64,000 nt of DNA, from positions 59,272,001-59,336,000 of the forward strand of contig NC_134468.1 of the NCBI RefSeq assembly GCF_964194025.1. The letters run 5' to 3'. Position numbers and translations under genes: made by a program. The notes under the pieces were generated by a model, which searched no databases, was not told where the DNA came from, and worked only from the letters and a program-made list of their open reading frames with translations. Source of the DNA: Convolutriloba macropyga. Its lineage: Eukaryota. Positions 59,947 through 64,000 of this stretch are shown in pieces (the stretch's first letter is position 1; each line of letters opens with the position of its first letter).

Positions 59947-62249
59947 TATGAAACAGAATTCTGAAAAAAGAACTTTGTGTAAATTCAACCAGTAAGCTCG
60001 CATTGTTCTATGCGTGCCGCAGAAAAGCCCACATTGGCATTGAAAAGCCTATATTCAATACATGTAAGTACCAAATCTGAAATGATGCCGCCGAAAAGTT
60101 TGCCTTGATTTCGCTTCAGTTCATATCGTCTTCCTTTAAAACTTTTAACGGTAAAAAATTAAAGGACATTAACAATTTCACGTTCCTTTTGAGCGACACC
60201 CAACTTACAGTGAACTGTGTTTGATAATGCGTGCTTCTAACAGGAATTTCATTGTGGTCAAAAATAATAAATCACCAGAGAAATAATGAACACTGAAAAA
60301 ACTGGAACAGCCCAATTGTGACAGAGCTAAAACTATTAAAAGAATTGGACGCCGAACTCAAAACTCCTCAATAAATCTTAGAAGAGAAATTATCAATGTT
60401 GTTAATCTTAGATTGACTTCTACTTCAAGTTGAAAGCCACTGACACTCTGCTTTCCGCAAGCAGTACAATAACACAAAAAAACTTGAAATTTGGTCTTGA
60501 AATTTAAAAAACATTAAAAACATGTTTTGCGTTCTGTATCCTGAAAATCATCAAAACTAATTTTCAAACTTCCCCTGCATTATGTCAACCTTTCTCATCA
60601 GAGCATATTTAAAGCCCGGAAAATCCGCTTCAAGGATTCAATTGCTTTCCAATTATTTGTCTTGTTTTGATTTTGGCTAAAGCCACCAGCCTGGCAACAA
60701 ACTTGACCGTTCGCCTGCCACTTGTTTGCCGCGCAAAAAGATAAAAAGAATAATAATTAGAACGAAGTAAACAAAAAACCTATAGAGATGAGAATAACTT
60801 CACGGGAAGAACGGAAAGAAAGATTCAACAAAAAATGACAACAAAAAAAATTGCGCAATTACAATTCAACCAATTCAATAAACCGCAGATATGGATCTCA
60901 GGCAGATTTGATTAAAGGAGATGTTTTCTTCTAAATAAAGCAGTTGAACGTTCGTGTTGAATTAATAATAAAAATATGAGTTATGAAACTAACAAAATAA
61001 GAGCTCTAGGAAAAACACAAAAAACCCAAAGTAAATTAACTCACGACAAAGCAACTGGAGTTAGAACAGTAATGATAGAAAAGAATAGCAAATTCAAAGA
61101 GGCTTTGGGAAGGAATTGTGTTGAACTTTTTCAAAGACTAAAATTTAACACAACAGAAAACAATCTCTACAACCATAGACCATACTGATTCATTTATGCA
61201 ATTTAGAGAAAAATTACTGATGTCAAAAGTTCTCGCAGAAAAACTTGAGGAACTCCAGAAATCAAAGTTTTTTTGAACAAACAGATTTCGCAAATGTCGG
61301 AGCCGTGAGCTTTGGGTAAAAACAGAAGAGCAGTTACATTCGAAGATAGCGATAAAGATTTTCAAATATTGTTTTTGAAAAAAAAAGGGAAATACGGAAG
61401 TCTCGAACATCAAACTCACTTTTTAAAAACATACGCAAAAGTTCATTTTGAGAACAAATAATGTCGAAATTACAACAAATCGTGCAGACGAAACAATGAC
61501 GTCTCAATTAATTCCAACAAAGACAAAGGAGATTCAAAAATGCTATGGAGGAACAGCAAAGAAACAGGGGACAACAGCTGCGGTCAAATTCAGAATATAA
61601 ATAAATTAAGTCAATATTCGCCCAGTTAGTTAAAAGCTTCGACTATTTGGCGATTGATATGTCGATTGGCATCATGACAAAATACACTAGACTCGCCATT
61701 TTTATACTACGGCAGATCATCAAATGGAAATACGAACAGGCGCATAACTAAAACATTTTCTTAAAATCACATCAACGTCAATAAAATATCACAATCTCAA
61801 CAAATAATTTGTTCAAGCGCAACCAGGAATCAAAAACATTTTTCGATCGACTGCTTCTTAATAACAGTCGCAAACAAATCAGTAACAGTGAAAAAAAGAA
61901 CACGACAAAAAGTTATTCCGAAAACCTGTTTTCTCTATCACTTCTAAAAAAGGATTTCATTACCTGTGCCTACAAATTTTTCTAACATCTGAGCTGCTCT
62001 AGCGCGAATAAAAAGATTCTGCAAATTTAACTTCAAAATATCTTTCAAAATCAAAATGTATCCGCAGATCTTTAAACAGGAGGAGGTCCAAATAAGACCC
62101 AATTTCTATGAGAAGTAAAACGAGAAGCTTTATAAATGCATACGTAGATGCTCTGCGCTGCTGAAAACTTTTGTTCACTGGTTGAACAAAACTAATTAGC
62201 AAGAAACAACAAAATCAAGGCTGAAGAATAATTGGTCAAACTCAAATAA

Positions 62250-63590
62250 CGGTTTGGGGGGGGGGGGGTTGGGCACGTAACTCAAGTTGGTCCAGTTCGA
62301 ACCGAACCACTTTGTGCAAAAACACTTTGCCTTTATTTGATGTCAATTTGTATGCAAGATTTATTTTCAGGAACAATTAAGTTTATCGTTTACAACTTTT
62401 CCTGAATTAACAAACACTACACCCTAGACCTTGAATTGCCAACGAATGTAATCTTTAATTCTTGAAAAATCATTAGCATTTATCAAAAACTCGAAAAATG
62501 TTTAACAAAGGACGTTGCACAGAAAATTCTTGAACACCGTTTTCTCGCACCACTTTTAATCCACTTTTGTCTTGACCAAAACTACAACAATTTGTTTTTC
62601 AAAAAGCATCAAAATTTGTATGGGAAGCATGGGAAAAGTCATTGAAATAAACTAGACATTGACGCTCCTAGAAATACCCTTTGAAATCCATTAGTCGAAC
62701 TGCCATCCATGAACAAGCACTCTTGACATGCATTGAAAAAGAAGTGAAATGAAATGGAAATAACGATCGAAATTGACCGAACGAAGTAAAAAACTGCTTC
62801 GAATTCTGAGCCAAAATTTTGGCGTCAAAACAAAAACAGCAGCACAAGTTCTAAAATACAATCCAAAGATATATGGTTCACTCTAACAAAAAAATCAGAA
62901 CTTTAAAGGACTGGGGAAAACTTGCAACCATTAATCAATAACCATTCCTACCGCAAATCCGACAAAAAAAACTAGAAGTTGAAGAGCTGCACGTGAAAAA
63001 TTTTCGAAAACCGCTCAATTAATCAAAGATCATATTCCCACTTTCAGTAGGAAAATTTTTGCTCCAGAAAACGACTCACTTTTTTCTCTTTATACTACTT
63101 CGGCGTGACAAAAATCAGCAGTCCAATTTTATTTTGCGCTTACCACAAAAATCATCAAAAAGTGGGAGCAGGTCTTTAAAGACAGCATCTCAATCAAAGA
63201 CTTTAAATTGCAGAAAGACAAAAATTACAACACTTAATAAGCTACACAGCAGAAAAAGAAAAGACGCCACTACAAAACCTGCGTATACATGAAGTGGAAA
63301 CCGTTCAACATTAGGAAACTGGAAAGATTAAGATTTGCCCTTCACAACATCAAATCGTCTCGTCGAAACAGTTTTGGTGAATCACATACTTAGAGTCTAA
63401 GGAACCAAAAGGCTCCAAGTGAACTTAATGCCCTCTGGGCCTTACCTGTTTCTTGTTTATCATCCCTTTTTGAGGACCAAAGTTAAGAGAGTCAGGCGAA
63501 AAATCTATCCGGAGAAAAATTGCATAAAAACACAACACGACTGATATTATTGCTACAAATTTTGTTCAAGAGCAACTAAACAACTGATTT
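62250..63590. repeat. Patchwork of diverged dispersed-repeat modules
   Basis: Similar to 38830-40180 and 42890-43125, e.g. CATCCATGAACAAGCACTCTTGACA and GAAACAGTTTTGGTGAATC. Confidence 0.6.
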
Positions 63591-64000
63591 GTATCAAATG
63601 TCGTCAAACGTTACGCCAAATTAAAAACTTCTGAAAAAGCAATTTTCCAAAGTTCTATTTGTAAAGAAATTTTATGCAGAGTACAGATCTATAATTTGCC
63701 AGCACAAATGTCAGTATGGGATGCCGTCAAAGAAGTGTCTGAACAAAAAACAAGTGATGCTGGTATAAAGTACTTAATTTTTTGTAAGAAAATATTGAAT
63801 ATTTCAATCTGCTCATAGCTTTGATTTTATTCCTGAAAGGCAGTCATCGCGAAGCCAGCAGCTGCCACCAAAGTCAAATCTATGAAGTTCCGCAAATTTG
63901 AGGAAAATAGGGCTTACAAAAAATATCATCAAATATCGAGGCGTAAATAAGAAATATATTACTAACTGATCAACCCAATCGTATCTTCTTAATTTGAGGT

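Noticed and set aside
60900-62200. A-rich stretch with a possible LINE RT remnant (KSFDYL)
   Set aside because: Too degenerate to support without a profile search.

Overview
AT-rich, repeat-dense eukaryotic DNA, almost certainly from an invertebrate animal; the species cannot be fixed from sequence alone. Three host genes are supported, all on the minus strand. (1) A secreted S1A serine protease (7742-9087) whose two introns are both made of MITE-like DNA transposons; intron 2 has TIRs and a perfect 8-bp target-site duplication (TSD) supplying the AG acceptor, the Introner signature. (2) A 7-exon IQCB1/NPHP5 ciliary gene (32220-53214, 612 aa by my splicing). (3) A bacterial-type AmiD-like N-acetylmuramoyl-L-alanine amidase (54739-55876, candidate first exon 59903-59946) that appears horizontally acquired and carries a eukaryote-style secretion signal and a probable intron. 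The rest is mostly mobile DNA: degenerate Gypsy and BEL/Pao LTR elements, a CRE-clade non-LTR element, a LINE fragment, two families of DINE-1/Helentron-like non-autonomous elements, Merlin-like and TA-flanked MITEs, and microsatellites with N runs. The best leads are the amidase and the transposon-derived introns. All alignments were done by eye.
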